Shown here in pieces: positions 20,190 through 30,084 of a stretch of DNA of 64,000 nt. The stretch's first letter is position 1. Each line of letters starts with the position of its first letter. Made by a program: the position numbers and the translations under genes. Source of the DNA: a bacterium (lineage in GTDB: Bacteria; Calditrichota; Calditrichia; RBG-13-44-9; J042); assembly GCA_015485355.1 (NCBI GenBank), contig WFTQ01000109.1, positions 1,088-65,087 on the forward strand, given 5' to 3'. A model generated the notes under the pieces. That model was not told where the DNA came from. It made no database searches and was given only the letters and a program-made list of their open reading frames with translations.

Positions 20190-23100
20190 CTATAAATTTA
20201 GCAAGAAGTTTTTAGCAAAGCTCATGCGATCCAGCTCCGTGCGCCCTTTTACATCGACTGTCACTTTCAGTTCGTTTCCCTGGGAAAAGAATATTTCGGT
20301 CATGGTTTGCCGGACGAATTTGGACAGTACTTGCTCGATGAACGGCTCTTTTTCGGTGGCCCGCTCGTCGAAGTACAGAAACATCTTGGATTTGTGAATC
20401 TTCACCTGCTTGATGTAATGCCGTGAAGCCAGTTTTTTGATTTTGACCATTTCGATGAGTTTTCGGGTCGGTTCGGGTAAGGGGCCGAAACGGTCTCGCA
20501 ATTCCTTGACCAGGTTGTCGATGTGGTGCAAGTTGTCCAGGTTGAGCAGGCGATGGTAAATCATCACTTTTTCGTGGGGGGAATTGACATAGTCGTCCGG
20601 CAGATACATTTCGGCATCGACTTCCACCTTGGCATCCACCGTGGGCATGCGGGTCTCCCAAAATGTTTCGGGAAGGGTTTCTTGTTGAATGGTTTCTACC
20701 GCTTCCTGCAGAATTTTCTGATACAGATCGTATCCCACGGCATTGATAAAGCCGCTTTGCTGATGTCCCAGTAAGTTTCCTGCGCCCCGAATTTCCAGGT
20801 CTCGCATGGCGATTTTCAAGCCCGAGCCCAGGTCTGCGAACTCTTCGATGGCGTAGAGACGTTTCAGGGCGGTCTCGTTGAGCCGTTCCTGAGGCGGGAT
20901 GATGAAATATGCATAAGCCTGACGATCCGACCGGCCCACCCGGCCCCGCAATTGATACAGCTGGGCCAGCCCGAACTGATCGGCCCGATTAATAATAATG
21001 GTATTGCAATTGGGAATATCCAGCCCGTTCTCGATGATCATGGTGGCCACCAGCACATCGTAGCGGCGATGGTAAAAGTCGTTCATTATCTTTTCCAGTT
21101 GGCGTTCCCGCATCTGGCCGTGGGCCACGGCGATCCTGGCCCGGGGAACGATAGTGTTCAACATGGCCGCCACCCCATCGATGGTTTGTACCCGATTGTG
21201 AACAAAAAACACCTGCCCCCCGCGTTCGATTTCGTAGGTAATGGCCCGGTAAATCAAGTGCCGATCCCAGGTGGTGATTTCGGTGATGACCGGGTGACGG
21301 TTGCTGGGAGGGGTATCCACGTTGGAGAGATCCCGCGCCCCCATCAATGCCATATGCAAGGTGCGCGGGATGGGGGTGGCCGTCATCGTCAGGGTATCCA
21401 CCGTTATTTTTATTTGTTTCAACTTTTCTTTGTGGGTAACGCCAAAGCGCTGTTCTTCGTCCACAATCAACAGACCCAGGTCCTTGAACCGGACATCCTC
21501 GGACAACAGGCGATGGGTGCCGATGACGATATCGATTTCCCCATTGGCCAGACGCTGAAGGATATCTTTCTGGTCCTTAGGGGTGCGAAAGCGGGACAGC
21601 ACCTCGATGGTGATCGGAAAATTGACCATGCGTTCCCGGAAGGTGTGAAAATGCTGCTGCGCCAGAATGGTGGTGGGCACCAACACGGCCACCTGCTTAC
21701 CGTCCATCACGGCTTTGAAAGCGGCGCGAATGGCGATCTCGGTTTTGCCATATCCCACATCGCCGCAAATCAACCGATCCATCGGTTTGGCGGCCTCCAT
21801 ATCCCGCTTTACCTCCCGGGTGGCCCGAATTTGATCGGGGGTATCTTCGTACGGGAAGGAAGCTTCCAGCTCTTTCTGCCACAACGTGTCCGGGGAAAAC
21901 GCATGGCCCTGCTGAGACATGCGCCGGGCGTACAGCTGCACCAGTTCCCGGGCAATGTTCTCCACCGCCTTGCGGGTTCGTTTTTTCACGCGTTCCCATT
22001 CTGGACTTCCCAATCGGGTTAATCGTGGCCGGTAACCCTCCTCGCTGACATATTTTTGAATCCGGTTCAGGTTGTCCAGGGTAACATATAAAATATCGTT
22101 GTCCTCGTACTGGATCTTGATAACGTCCCGTTCGCGTCCCGCCACGGTAATGCGCTCCAATCCCAGGTAGCGGCCGATTCCATAGTCCACGTGCACAACG
22201 TAATCCCCGTAGTTCAAACTGTTCAAACTGCGAATAAGACTTCCGGAAACGCGGAGGCGCCGTTTGCGTCTTCTGGCCTTCAGGCGGTTGAAGATCTCGT
22301 GCTCCGTTAAGACCTCGATGTGGGGAGTAGGCAGGTAAAACCCCTGGTGCAGTTCCCCCTCGATGAAATGTATGGGGGGAAGGAAACCCAACTCGGCTTC
22401 CAGAATCTCTTCCAACCGTTCCCGGGCTGCGGCTCCTTCGTACAAGACATAGAGTTGACCGGCTGTCCCATCGCGTTGCCGATCGAAAAATTTCTGAATG
22501 TGCTCCAGAAAAAGTTTCATATTCCCCCGGAAAGCCGCCGGGGGATGGGCATTGAAATGCACATCCCCGATTTCCATTCGGCCCAGGTGGGTATGTTCGA
22601 TTCGACGGTACCCTTTCAGCCGGTGGAGCAGTTCCGATAAAGGCACATAGTGATCTTCGATGGAGGTGAGTTCCAGTTCCTCTTGATGTTCTTCAAATCG
22701 TTGGACGGCCTGCTCCCACCATTCGTTCAGGATTTTCCGATCCTGCTCGCTGTTTTCCCAGAATAGGAGGGTATTCTCCGGGAAGTAATCCAGTAAACAG
22801 GCCCCGGAGCGGGTTTGAGGGCCCTGTCCCACCAAACGAACGGACTGGATTTCCCGGGTGGACAATTGAGAGAGAACGTCAAACTCCCGGATCGATTCGA
22901 TCGTGTCCCCGAAATATTCGATGCGGATGGGTCCATCCGATTCAAAGGAAAAGACGTCCACAATTCCACCGCGGGCACTGAACTGGCCGATTTCTTCGAT
23001 GGTCCCCACACGTTCGTAACCGCCCTCCACCAGCCAGTCCAACAGCAATTCCCGTTCCAGATCCTCACCCACTTTCAAATGCAAGATGTTTTGCCGTAAA

Positions 23101-23522
23101 GATTCCGGATCGGGGACTCTTCTTAGCAGGGCCGGGGGGGTGGTAACCAGAACACGCGCTCGTTTTTCCACCAGATCGGAAAGAGCGTTCAGCCGCATGC
23201 TGTAGAGGGCGGGGGTGAATAGCCCCCTGTCGAATGGTACCACTTCGTCCGAGGGCAGGTAGGCCGTCAACGCCGGACGGGAGAGCATGCGCAGATCGTC
23301 CACCAATTTTTCGGCGGCGTCGCTGTCGGGAACGATGACCAGAAGAGGCGATTCCAGGGTATCCTGAACGTACTTGATCACAAAGGCCAGAAAGGAGCCA
23401 TAAATTCCCCGCACCGTTATGCTGTGACGGGAGAGCAGAGCCCGGTGAAGGTCGGTGTATTCATCCTGGCCGTAAATCGTCGATGCCAGTTTCAGCATGG
23501 TCGTGACAGTAACCTGTTCCAT
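20190..23522 (-). CDS. mfd: Transcription-repair coupling factor
   Basis: UvrB-like N-terminus, CarD-like RID (VVHVDYGIGRY), helicase motifs GDVGYGKT, DEEQRFG, TATPIPRT and QLRGRVGR, TRCF tail. Confidence 0.97.
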   Translation of the reverse strand: MEQVTVTTMLKLASTIYGQDEYTDLHRALLSRHSITVRGIYGSFLAFVIKYVQDTLESPLLVIVPDSDAAEKLVDDLRMLSRPALTAYLPSDEVVPFDRGLFTPALYSMRLNALSDLVEKRARVLVTTPPALLRRVPDPESLRQNILHLKVGEDLERELLLDWLVEGGYERVGTIEEIGQFSARGGIVDVFSFESDGPIRIEYFGDTIESIREFDVLSQLSTREIQSVRLVGQGPQTRSGACLLDYFPENTLLFWENSEQDRKILNEWWEQAVQRFEEHQEELELTSIEDHYVPLSELLHRLKGYRRIEHTHLGRMEIGDVHFNAHPPAAFRGNMKLFLEHIQKFFDRQRDGTAGQLYVLYEGAAARERLEEILEAELGFLPPIHFIEGELHQGFYLPTPHIEVLTEHEIFNRLKARRRKRRLRVSGSLIRSLNSLNYGDYVVHVDYGIGRYLGLERITVAGRERDVIKIQYEDNDILYVTLDNLNRIQKYVSEEGYRPRLTRLGSPEWERVKKRTRKAVENIARELVQLYARRMSQQGHAFSPDTLWQKELEASFPYEDTPDQIRATREVKRDMEAAKPMDRLICGDVGYGKTEIAIRAAFKAVMDGKQVAVLVPTTILAQQHFHTFRERMVNFPITIEVLSRFRTPKDQKDILQRLANGEIDIVIGTHRLLSEDVRFKDLGLLIVDEEQRFGVTHKEKLKQIKITVDTLTMTATPIPRTLHMALMGARDLSNVDTPPSNRHPVITEITTWDRHLIYRAITYEIERGGQVFFVHNRVQTIDGVAAMLNTIVPRARIAVAHGQMRERQLEKIMNDFYHRRYDVLVATMIIENGLDIPNCNTIIINRADQFGLAQLYQLRGRVGRSDRQAYAYFIIPPQERLNETALKRLYAIEEFADLGSGLKIAMRDLEIRGAGNLLGHQQSGFINAVGYDLYQKILQEAVETIQQETLPETFWETRMPTVDAKVEVDAEMYLPDDYVNSPHEKVMIYHRLLNLDNLHHIDNLVKELRDRFGPLPEPTRKLIEMVKIKKLASRHYIKQVKIHKSKMFLYFDERATEKEPFIEQVLSKFVRQTMTEIFFSQGNELKVTVDVKGRTELDRMSFAKNFLLNL

Positions 23523-23951
23523 AGCAAACCTTAAAATATAAGGATAAATCCAGCGGAAAGGTTCCCGAAAAATGAAATTCGCCGGAAAGGCCTGTGGACT
23601 CTCCTTTTCCTTGGATCCGCAACATAGTGCCCAATCAACGGTTCCAGGAAGGACGGGAGCACGCGATCAAACCATTGATGCCGGCCGCGCCGTCTTTTGA
23701 CGGGCAAAGAGACCGCATTCATTTTCTCAAGAGGGGGTTTTAACCACCCCGCAGCGCGATGAAGTATATCGCTTCAACGTCGCCTTGATCTATGGTAGGC
23801 GGGGATGTTGCCGGGGTTCTATTTCGATTGGATGGGGTTGACCCCTCCTGGCGAAACGCGCCATAAGGAATTTGTCAAGCGCTCCCGGGAACCGCCGGGA
23901 GGCATGGGATGGCCGGGAAAAAAATTTTTTGTTTTTTTCAAGAAAGTCAGC

Positions 23952-23960
23952 TGTTATATT
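23952..23960 (+). promoter_or_regulatory. Extended -10 promoter candidate for the his leader
   Basis: TGnTATATT about 30 nt upstream of the leader ATG. Confidence 0.45.
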
Positions 23961-23989
23961 GTATGCCGAATTTAAGGAGCATAAAAGAA

Positions 23990-24079
23990 ATGTACCGGTT
24001 TCATCACAATCCTTTGCTGCATCATTGTCATCATCGTGTGCGTCCGTGTGATGGAACCGGAGAGCCCTGTGTAACTTAA
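23990..24079 (+). CDS. hisL: his operon leader peptide (29 aa, MYRFHHNPLLHHCHHRVRPCDGTGEPCVT)
   Basis: RBS AAGGAG, six His codons in three pairs, directly upstream of the terminator and his operon. Confidence 0.9.
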   Translation: MYRFHHNPLLHHCHHRVRPCDGTGEPCVT

Positions 24080-24139
24080 GCGAGACGTCTGTTTTGAGAG
24101 TGTTCAGCCCGGTTCCGTCAGGAGCCGGGCTTTTTTTTT
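23995..24139 (+). promoter_or_regulatory. Histidine transcription attenuator (segments 1-4)
   Basis: Seg1 CCGGTTTCATCAC (23995-24007) pairs with seg2 GTGATGGAACCGG (24048-24060). Seg2 also pairs with seg3 CCGGTTCC (24109-24116). Seg3:seg4 forms the terminator. Confidence 0.88.
24107..24139 (+). terminator. Intrinsic terminator of the his attenuator
   Basis: GCCCGGTTCC-GTCA-GGAGCCGGGC followed by T9. Confidence 0.93.
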
Positions 24140-24140
24140 G

Positions 24141-24402
24141 GTGCGCCCGGTGGGGGGTGTCAAAGCTTTCGGCAAGAGGAGGTTGAATGGATCGAAACGA
24201 TGGTCGAGCGGGGAAATATGCTTCGCGCCTCTCCGCGGGTGAAGGGCGGCAAGGCGTGGCCGGCATTGACGGGATGACGGTGGATGAGCTGATGCCCTAC
24301 CTGCGGGAAGAATGGGCCGGGATTAAGGAAGAGCGGTTATCCGGCGAGTACCATCCTCAAACGGTGCCGCGGGGGCTCGACCTGCCCGGGCCCGGGGAAA
24401 AG
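24141..24402 (+). mobile_element. Decayed group II intron (class C-like): 5' end plus frameshifted RT N-terminus
   Basis: Begins GTGCGCCCGG directly after the terminator U-tract. Encodes ETMVERGNMLRASPRVKGGK, then a frameshift near 24253, then GVAGIDGMTVDELMPYLREEWAGIKEERLSGEYHPQTV...DLPGPG, resembling group II RT domain 0/1. Confidence 0.8.
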
Positions 24403-24482
24403 CAAGGCGGAAGGTGGACATTCCTCATTCGGATTGAAGGAATGAACGTGTGGAAACAAATCATTGGCACTCGAAAGAGGGT

Positions 24483-25340
24483 ATGATGCTTACACTTGCT
24501 TTGCAGAAGTCAGGACGGTTGAGCGACAGGAGTTTGGCTTTGTTAACCGAGTCGGGAATTCATTTAGAGAACGGCTCTTCCAATCGGTTGAAAGCCACGG
24601 CCGGCAACTTTCCTCTACAGATACTTTACTTGCGGGATGACGACATCCCGGAATGCGTGGCCGATGGCGTGGCCGATGTGGGCATCGTGGGCTTGAATGT
24701 GGTGGAGGAAAAGGAGCGATCGGTTCGGGTCGTCGAAAAGTTGGGATTTGCCCGATGCCGTTTGTCCATTGCGGTGCCCCGCCAGTTTCACTATACCGGT
24801 TTGGCCTCGTTAAACGGGTTGAGCATCGCCACCGCCTATCCCCGGATCTTACGGAAGTTCCTTGATAATCAGCATTTGCAGGCAACCATCCATGAAATCA
24901 GCGGTTCGGTGGAAGTGGCTCCGGGTATTGGAATGGCCGATGCAATTTTTGACATCGTCAGCACCGGCAGTACCCTGATGAGTAACGGGTTGGTGGAAGT
25001 AGAGACGGTCATGCATTCCGAAGCCGTGCTGGTGGCCACCCCGGATTTAAACGGGGACAAAGCGGCCGTTCTGGAATCCCTGTTGTTTCGTTTTCGGGCC
25101 GTGATGAAGGCCCGGCGTTACCGCTACATTTTGTTGAATGCACCGAACGAGGCTTTGGAGGAAATTTCCCGGATTTTGCCCGGCATGAAGAGTCCCACTA
25201 TCATGCCGCTGGCCATGCCCGGCTGGTCTTCGGTACATTCGGTAATTCAGGAAGAAGATTTCTGGGAGATCATTGAAAATCTAAAAGCAGCCGGGGCCCA
25301 GGGGATTCTGGTGGTTCCCATCGAGAAAATGATTGTATGA
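24483..25340 (+). CDS. hisG: ATP phosphoribosyltransferase (long form)
   Basis: LALQKSGRL, RDDDIP, GSVEVAPGIGMADAIFDIVSTGSTL and the C-terminal regulatory domain. Confidence 0.97.
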   Translation: MMLTLALQKSGRLSDRSLALLTESGIHLENGSSNRLKATAGNFPLQILYLRDDDIPECVADGVADVGIVGLNVVEEKERSVRVVEKLGFARCRLSIAVPRQFHYTGLASLNGLSIATAYPRILRKFLDNQHLQATIHEISGSVEVAPGIGMADAIFDIVSTGSTLMSNGLVEVETVMHSEAVLVATPDLNGDKAAVLESLLFRFRAVMKARRYRYILLNAPNEALEEISRILPGMKSPTIMPLAMPGWSSVHSVIQEEDFWEIIENLKAAGAQGILVVPIEKMIV

Positions 25341-26653
25341 GGAGTAAAGGGATGCAGCAAATTCGAACGCAGGACGGGGGGGATTATTGGCAACTTCTAA
25401 CGCGTCCCGCCGCTCGGCGGCAAGAGGTTCGCCCACGGGTGAAACAGATTCTGGAAAGCGTACAGCTGACCGGGGATACCGCTCTTCGGGAACTGACCCG
25501 CCGGCTCGATGGGGTCGAATTGGAACATTTTGAGTTGCCTCGAGAGGAATGGTTTCCTCGGTCGGAGACCGTTTCCGGGGAATTGCAACAGGCCATGTCC
25601 CGTGCGGCAATCAATATTTACTATTTCCATCAATCCCAATGGTCGCCGGAAGAATTGAAGGTGGAAACCTCGCCCGGGGTTTTTTGTTGGCGTCGACCGG
25701 TGCCCATACAGCGGGTGGGCATTTATATTCCGGGGGGGACGGCCCCCCTGTTTTCCACGGTGTTGATGCTGGGAATTCCGGCCCAGATTGCGGGTTGTCC
25801 GGAAGTGTTTCTGTTCACCCCTCCCCGCAGCGACGGCACGGTCGATCCCACCATCTTGTTTGCCGCACGATTGGCGGGCGTTCACCGGGTGTTCCGGGTA
25901 GGGGGAGCCCAGGCTATAGCGGCTATGGCCTGGGGGACCGAAACGGTGCCCGCAGTGGATAAAATATTTGGGCCGGGTAATGTTTACGTAACGGAGGCCA
26001 AGGCGCAGGTGGCCGCGCAGGGGGTGGCCGTGGATTTGCCCGCAGGTCCTTCGGAGGTGTTCATTATCGCCGACGAGGCTGCCGATGCCGCATGGGTCGC
26101 CGCCGATCTCCTTTCCCAGGCGGAGCATGGTGCCGACAGCCAGGTGGTGCTGGCCACCCCTTCGCAGCGACTGGCCCGGGCAACCCTGCAGGAATTGGAA
26201 CGCCAGTTGGCTCGGTTGCCCCGTCAGGAATTGGCCCGACGGGCCCTCCAACAGGGCGTCTGCCTGATCACACGCAACCTGAACGAGGCGCTGGATATCG
26301 CCAATCGTTACGCTCCCGAGCATCTCATCCTGATGGTACAGGATTGGGAAGGGTTGGCAGAACGGGTGAAACACGCCGGCTCTGTGTTTCTGGGATACCT
26401 TACGCCGGAAGTACTGGGAGATTATGCCTCGGGCACCAATCATGTGTTGCCCACAGGCGGAACGGCCCGGGCCTATTCCGGAATCAGCGTGGAGAGCTTT
26501 ATTCATTGGATTACTTTTCAGCAGGCCGACCGGAAAGGCCTGCGTTTGCTTGGCCCCACCGTGGAATTGCTGGCCACCGCAGAACGGCTGCATGCCCATG
26601 CCCGGGCCGTATCCTTACGTCGGAAAATGGTGGAAGGAGATACCCAGATATGA
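25337..26653 (+). CDS. hisD: Histidinol dehydrogenase
   Basis: YIPGGTAPLFSTVLM, DKIFGPGN, AGPSEV, QAEH, YAPEHL and DYASGTNHVLPT. Confidence 0.97.
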   Translation: MRSKGMQQIRTQDGGDYWQLLTRPAARRQEVRPRVKQILESVQLTGDTALRELTRRLDGVELEHFELPREEWFPRSETVSGELQQAMSRAAINIYYFHQSQWSPEELKVETSPGVFCWRRPVPIQRVGIYIPGGTAPLFSTVLMLGIPAQIAGCPEVFLFTPPRSDGTVDPTILFAARLAGVHRVFRVGGAQAIAAMAWGTETVPAVDKIFGPGNVYVTEAKAQVAAQGVAVDLPAGPSEVFIIADEAADAAWVAADLLSQAEHGADSQVVLATPSQRLARATLQELERQLARLPRQELARRALQQGVCLITRNLNEALDIANRYAPEHLILMVQDWEGLAERVKHAGSVFLGYLTPEVLGDYASGTNHVLPTGGTARAYSGISVESFIHWITFQQADRKGLRLLGPTVELLATAERLHAHARAVSLRRKMVEGDTQI

Positions 26654-27699
26654 AGCCCGAACAGTTCATTCGTCCGGAAATCCGTCGCATCGTACCCTAC
26701 CGGTCGGCAAGAGAAGCCTATGCTCAAGAGGCGGCTGTATGGCTGGATGCCAACGAAAACGGGTACGATCTCAGTGGTCAGGGCCTGCATCGCTATCCCG
26801 ATCCGCTTCAACGGCGGCTCAAACAACAAATCGCCCGCTGGAAAGGGGTGTCCCCGGAGCAGATTTTTTTGGGCAATGGAAGCGATGAGGCTATCGATCT
26901 GCTGATCCGCGCCACATGCCGTCCCTTTCGGGATGAGATACTGATAACCCCTCCCACCTACGGCATGTACCGGGTGCTGGCGGAAATTCAGGGCGTCGGG
27001 GTGCAACAGGTGGGTCTGGACCACCGCTTTCAGCCGGATGTGTTGCGCATCGTTCGCTCGTTGTCGTTGACCACGCGCCTCATTTTCCTCTGTTCTCCCA
27101 ATAATCCCACAGGCAATGTTCTCGAGCCGAAAGCCGTTGAAACGCTTTTGGAGACTTTTGCGGGTTTGGTGGTGATCGACGAAGCCTATATCGATTTTGC
27201 AGACCACCCTGGGTGGTTAGGGCAGCTGAACCGTTACCCGAATCTGGTGATATTGCAAAGTTTTTCCAAAGCACCGGCAATGGCCGGAGCCCGTCTGGGA
27301 ATGGCCTTTGCTCAGGCGGAAATCATTGCAATACTGAACACGATTAAATATCCCTATAACGTAAACGTTCTAACGCTCAGGGCGGCGGAACTGGCTCTGC
27401 AGCGCCGGGCGGAAACCCGGGCCGTTATCGAACGCATCAAACAACAACGTGCCTGGCTGGAGGCCGAACTCCGAACGCTTCCCCACGTGATTCGGGTGTT
27501 CCCTTCCCGGGCCAATTTCCTGCTGGTGCGGTTTCGCCAGGCGGAAACAGTTTTTCGGTATCTGATTCGGCGGGGGATTGTTGTCCGAAACCGCTCTCAT
27601 CTGCCGGGGTGTGAGGGCTGCTTGCGGATTACCGTGGGAACCGAAAAAGAAAATCAATTGCTGATGAAAACATTACGGGCAATGGAGGTCGGCGAATGA
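26650..27699 (+). CDS. hisC: Histidinol-phosphate aminotransferase
   Basis: [29 protein letters not shown] and the PLP lysine in SFSK. Confidence 0.96.
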   Translation: MKPEQFIRPEIRRIVPYRSAREAYAQEAAVWLDANENGYDLSGQGLHRYPDPLQRRLKQQIARWKGVSPEQIFLGNGSDEAIDLLIRATCRPFRDEILITPPTYGMYRVLAEIQGVGVQQVGLDHRFQPDVLRIVRSLSLTTRLIFLCSPNNPTGNVLEPKAVETLLETFAGLVVIDEAYIDFADHPGWLGQLNRYPNLVILQSFSKAPAMAGARLGMAFAQAEIIAILNTIKYPYNVNVLTLRAAELALQRRAETRAVIERIKQQRAWLEAELRTLPHVIRVFPSRANFLLVRFRQAETVFRYLIRRGIVVRNRSHLPGCEGCLRITVGTEKENQLLMKTLRAMEVGE

Positions 27700-28787
27700 A
27701 ACGGGTGCTGTTTATCGATCGCGACGGGACGATTATTCAGGAGCCTCCGGATGAACAGGTGGATGCCTGGGAAAAATTGCGCTTTTTTCCCGGTGTCATT
27801 ACGGCGTTGTCCCGAATCGCCGGCGAGCTGGAGTTTGAGCTGGTGATGGTAACCAATCAGGATGGGTTGGGTACGGCGTCTTTTCCCGAAGAGCGGTTCT
27901 GGCCGATTCACAATTTCATACTGGATACCCTGGCCGGCGAAGGCGTTCGCTTCCGGGAGGTTTTGATCGACCGGTCCTTTCCCGAAGAAAACCGGCCCAC
28001 ACGCAAACCCGGTGTCGCCATGCTGCGGCACTATATGATCGGGGAATACGATCTGGCCCATTCGTTTGTGATCGGTGATCGAGTCAGCGATCTTCAGCTG
28101 GCACGCAATCTGGGTGCCCGGGCCATTTTCCTTTCGGAACAGCCTCATCCGGATGCCGATCTGACCACCACGGATTGGTTGGAAATCCACCGCTATCTGA
28201 AAGGAAAAGATCGCGCCGTTCAGTGGATTCGGGAAACCCAGGAAACCCGTGTACACATCCGGTTGCAGCTGGATGGTCAGGGGGGCTATCGGATTCATAC
28301 GGGCTTGGGATTTTTGGACCATATGCTGGCCCAACTGGTCAAGCATTCGGGCTGCGATTTAACCCTGTCGGTGGAAGGCGATCTTGAAGTGGATGAACAT
28401 CATACCATAGAAGATACCGCCTTGGCGTTGGGAGAGGCCTTCCGCGAAGCACTGGGTCGGAAAAAGGGCCTGAAGCGTTACGGATTTGTGTTACCCATGG
28501 ACGATGCCCTGGCCACGGTGGCGTTGGATTTTTCGGGTAGAAGCTGGCTGATCTGGCAGGCCGAATTCCGCCGGGAAAAAATTGGCGACGTCCCCACGGA
28601 GATGTTTTATCACTTTTTTAAATCCTTCTGCGACGCCGCCGGTCTGAATTTGCATGTGCAGGCGAAGGGTAGCAACGAGCACCATAAGATTGAGGCCGTC
28701 TTTAAGGCCGTGGGACGGGCGTTTCGACAGGCCCTTCAACGCGAAAACGCCGGAGGCGGTATTCCCAGTACCAAGGGGGTGTTATGA
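27696..28787 (+). CDS. hisB: Bifunctional histidinol-phosphatase/imidazoleglycerol-phosphate dehydratase
   Basis: HAD motif FIDRDGT, then IGPD motifs DEHHTIED and NEHHKIEA. Confidence 0.96.
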   Translation: MKRVLFIDRDGTIIQEPPDEQVDAWEKLRFFPGVITALSRIAGELEFELVMVTNQDGLGTASFPEERFWPIHNFILDTLAGEGVRFREVLIDRSFPEENRPTRKPGVAMLRHYMIGEYDLAHSFVIGDRVSDLQLARNLGARAIFLSEQPHPDADLTTTDWLEIHRYLKGKDRAVQWIRETQETRVHIRLQLDGQGGYRIHTGLGFLDHMLAQLVKHSGCDLTLSVEGDLEVDEHHTIEDTALALGEAFREALGRKKGLKRYGFVLPMDDALATVALDFSGRSWLIWQAEFRREKIGDVPTEMFYHFFKSFCDAAGLNLHVQAKGSNEHHKIEAVFKAVGRAFRQALQRENAGGGIPSTKGVL

Positions 28788-29365
28788 AGGTGGCGATCCT
28801 GAAGTACAATGCCGGTAATATATTTTCCGTGCAGACGGCCTTGCAGCGTCTGGGTTATGTGCCGGTCTTAACCGATGAGGTTCAGCGGCTGGATAAGGTG
28901 GATCGGGTGATCTTCCCGGGTGTGGGCGAGGCGCGTTCGGCAATGGCCTACTTGAAACAGCGGGGATTGGACCAATGGCTACGCCGTACCACTAAACCGG
29001 TGCTGGGAATTTGTTTGGGATTGCAGCTGCTATGCGAATATTCGGAAGAAAATGATACCCCCGGCCTGGGGATTTTCCCGGTTTCGGTACGGCGCTTTCC
29101 TCCCCATGGGAAAGTCCCTCACATGGGGTGGAACACCATTCAGCGGCTGAAGGGGCGGCTCTTTCGGGGCGTTCCAGAGGCATCGTATGTGTATTTTGTG
29201 CATAGCTTTTATCCGGAATGGCATGCCCTGGCCACTGCTCAGACGATTTATCAGGTGCCCTTTAGCGCCGCCATGGAACAGGGAAATTTCTTTGGGGTGC
29301 AATTTCACCCGGAAAAAAGTGGTGAGGTGGGTGAACACATTTTAAAGAATTTTTTGGAGCTATGA
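28784..29365 (+). CDS. hisH: Imidazole glycerol phosphate synthase, glutaminase subunit
   Basis: PGVG, GICLGLQ, VPHMGWN, YFVHS and QFHPEKS. Confidence 0.96.
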   Translation: MKVAILKYNAGNIFSVQTALQRLGYVPVLTDEVQRLDKVDRVIFPGVGEARSAMAYLKQRGLDQWLRRTTKPVLGICLGLQLLCEYSEENDTPGLGIFPVSVRRFPPHGKVPHMGWNTIQRLKGRLFRGVPEASYVYFVHSFYPEWHALATAQTIYQVPFSAAMEQGNFFGVQFHPEKSGEVGEHILKNFLEL

Positions 29366-30084
29366 TGCGTATTATTCCGGCTGTCGATGTTTTCGAGGGC
29401 AAATGTGTGCGTTTGCAGCAGGGGGATTTCCGTCGCCGAAAGGTGTATTCGGCCGATCCGTTGGAGGTAGCCCGGCGGCTGGAGGATGCCGGCGTGCGGT
29501 ATGTGCACCTGGTGGACCTGGAGGGTGCCCGGGCCGGACGAGTGATCCACTGGTCGGTATTGGAACAAATCGCCGGACAAACGCAATTGAAAGTGGATTT
29601 TAGTGGGGGCCTAAAAACGGACGAAGACCTCCGGCGGGCCTTTGATCTGGGGGCCCGGCAGGTATGTTTGGGATCGGTGGCGGTTGTTTTTCCGCTGAAA
29701 GTTTACAAATGGCTCCAGGATTATGGGGCCCAACGGATTGTCCTGAGTGCGGACGTCCACCGGAGTCGGATTGTCATCTCGGGTTGGCAGGAAGAAACCG
29801 AGATATCCCTGATTTCTTTTCTGGAAAGTTACCTGTCCATTGGGTTGAGGACCGCCGTGGTAACGGATGTTTCCAGGGATGGGATGCTGGGAGGTCCTGC
29901 GTTGGATACGTATCGATATGTGCGCAACTCCCTGCCCCGGCTGCAGCTGATAGCCAGCGGGGGCGTCCGCACCCTTCAGGACCTCGAATCGTTGCAGGCG
30001 CTGGGCGTAACCGGGGTGATCATCGGCCGGGCCCTGTACGAGGGAACCCTCACCCTATCCGATCTGGAGCCCTTCCTATGTTGA
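29362..30084 (+). CDS. hisA: ProFAR isomerase
   Basis: IIPAVD...VRLQQGD, HLVDLEGA, TDVSRDGML, IASGGV and IIGRALY. Confidence 0.95.
   Translation: MMRIIPAVDVFEGKCVRLQQGDFRRRKVYSADPLEVARRLEDAGVRYVHLVDLEGARAGRVIHWSVLEQIAGQTQLKVDFSGGLKTDEDLRRAFDLGARQVCLGSVAVVFPLKVYKWLQDYGAQRIVLSADVHRSRIVISGWQEETEISLISFLESYLSIGLRTAVVTDVSRDGMLGGPALDTYRYVRNSLPRLQLIASGGVRTLQDLESLQALGVTGVIIGRALYEGTLTLSDLEPFLC

Noticed and set aside
20952-22022. 356-aa plus-strand ORF
   Set aside because: Antisense shadow within mfd.
23531-23722. 63-aa minus-strand ORF upstream of mfd
   Set aside because: Weak RBS and no recognisable motif. It cannot be supported without homology or ribosome data.
23720-23830. SAM-I or c-di-GMP-I riboswitch-like fragments (TCAAGAG, ACCCCGGCAAC, GGGCAAA)
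   Set aside because: The fragments lie on different strands or in the wrong order, and the core motifs are incomplete.
24187-24486. 99-aa ORF as a functional gene
   Set aside because: Only its middle part is RT-like. The RT N-terminus is in another frame and the catalytic domains are missing, so it is treated as an intron relic.
25397-26599. 400-aa minus-strand ORF
   Set aside because: Antisense shadow of hisD.
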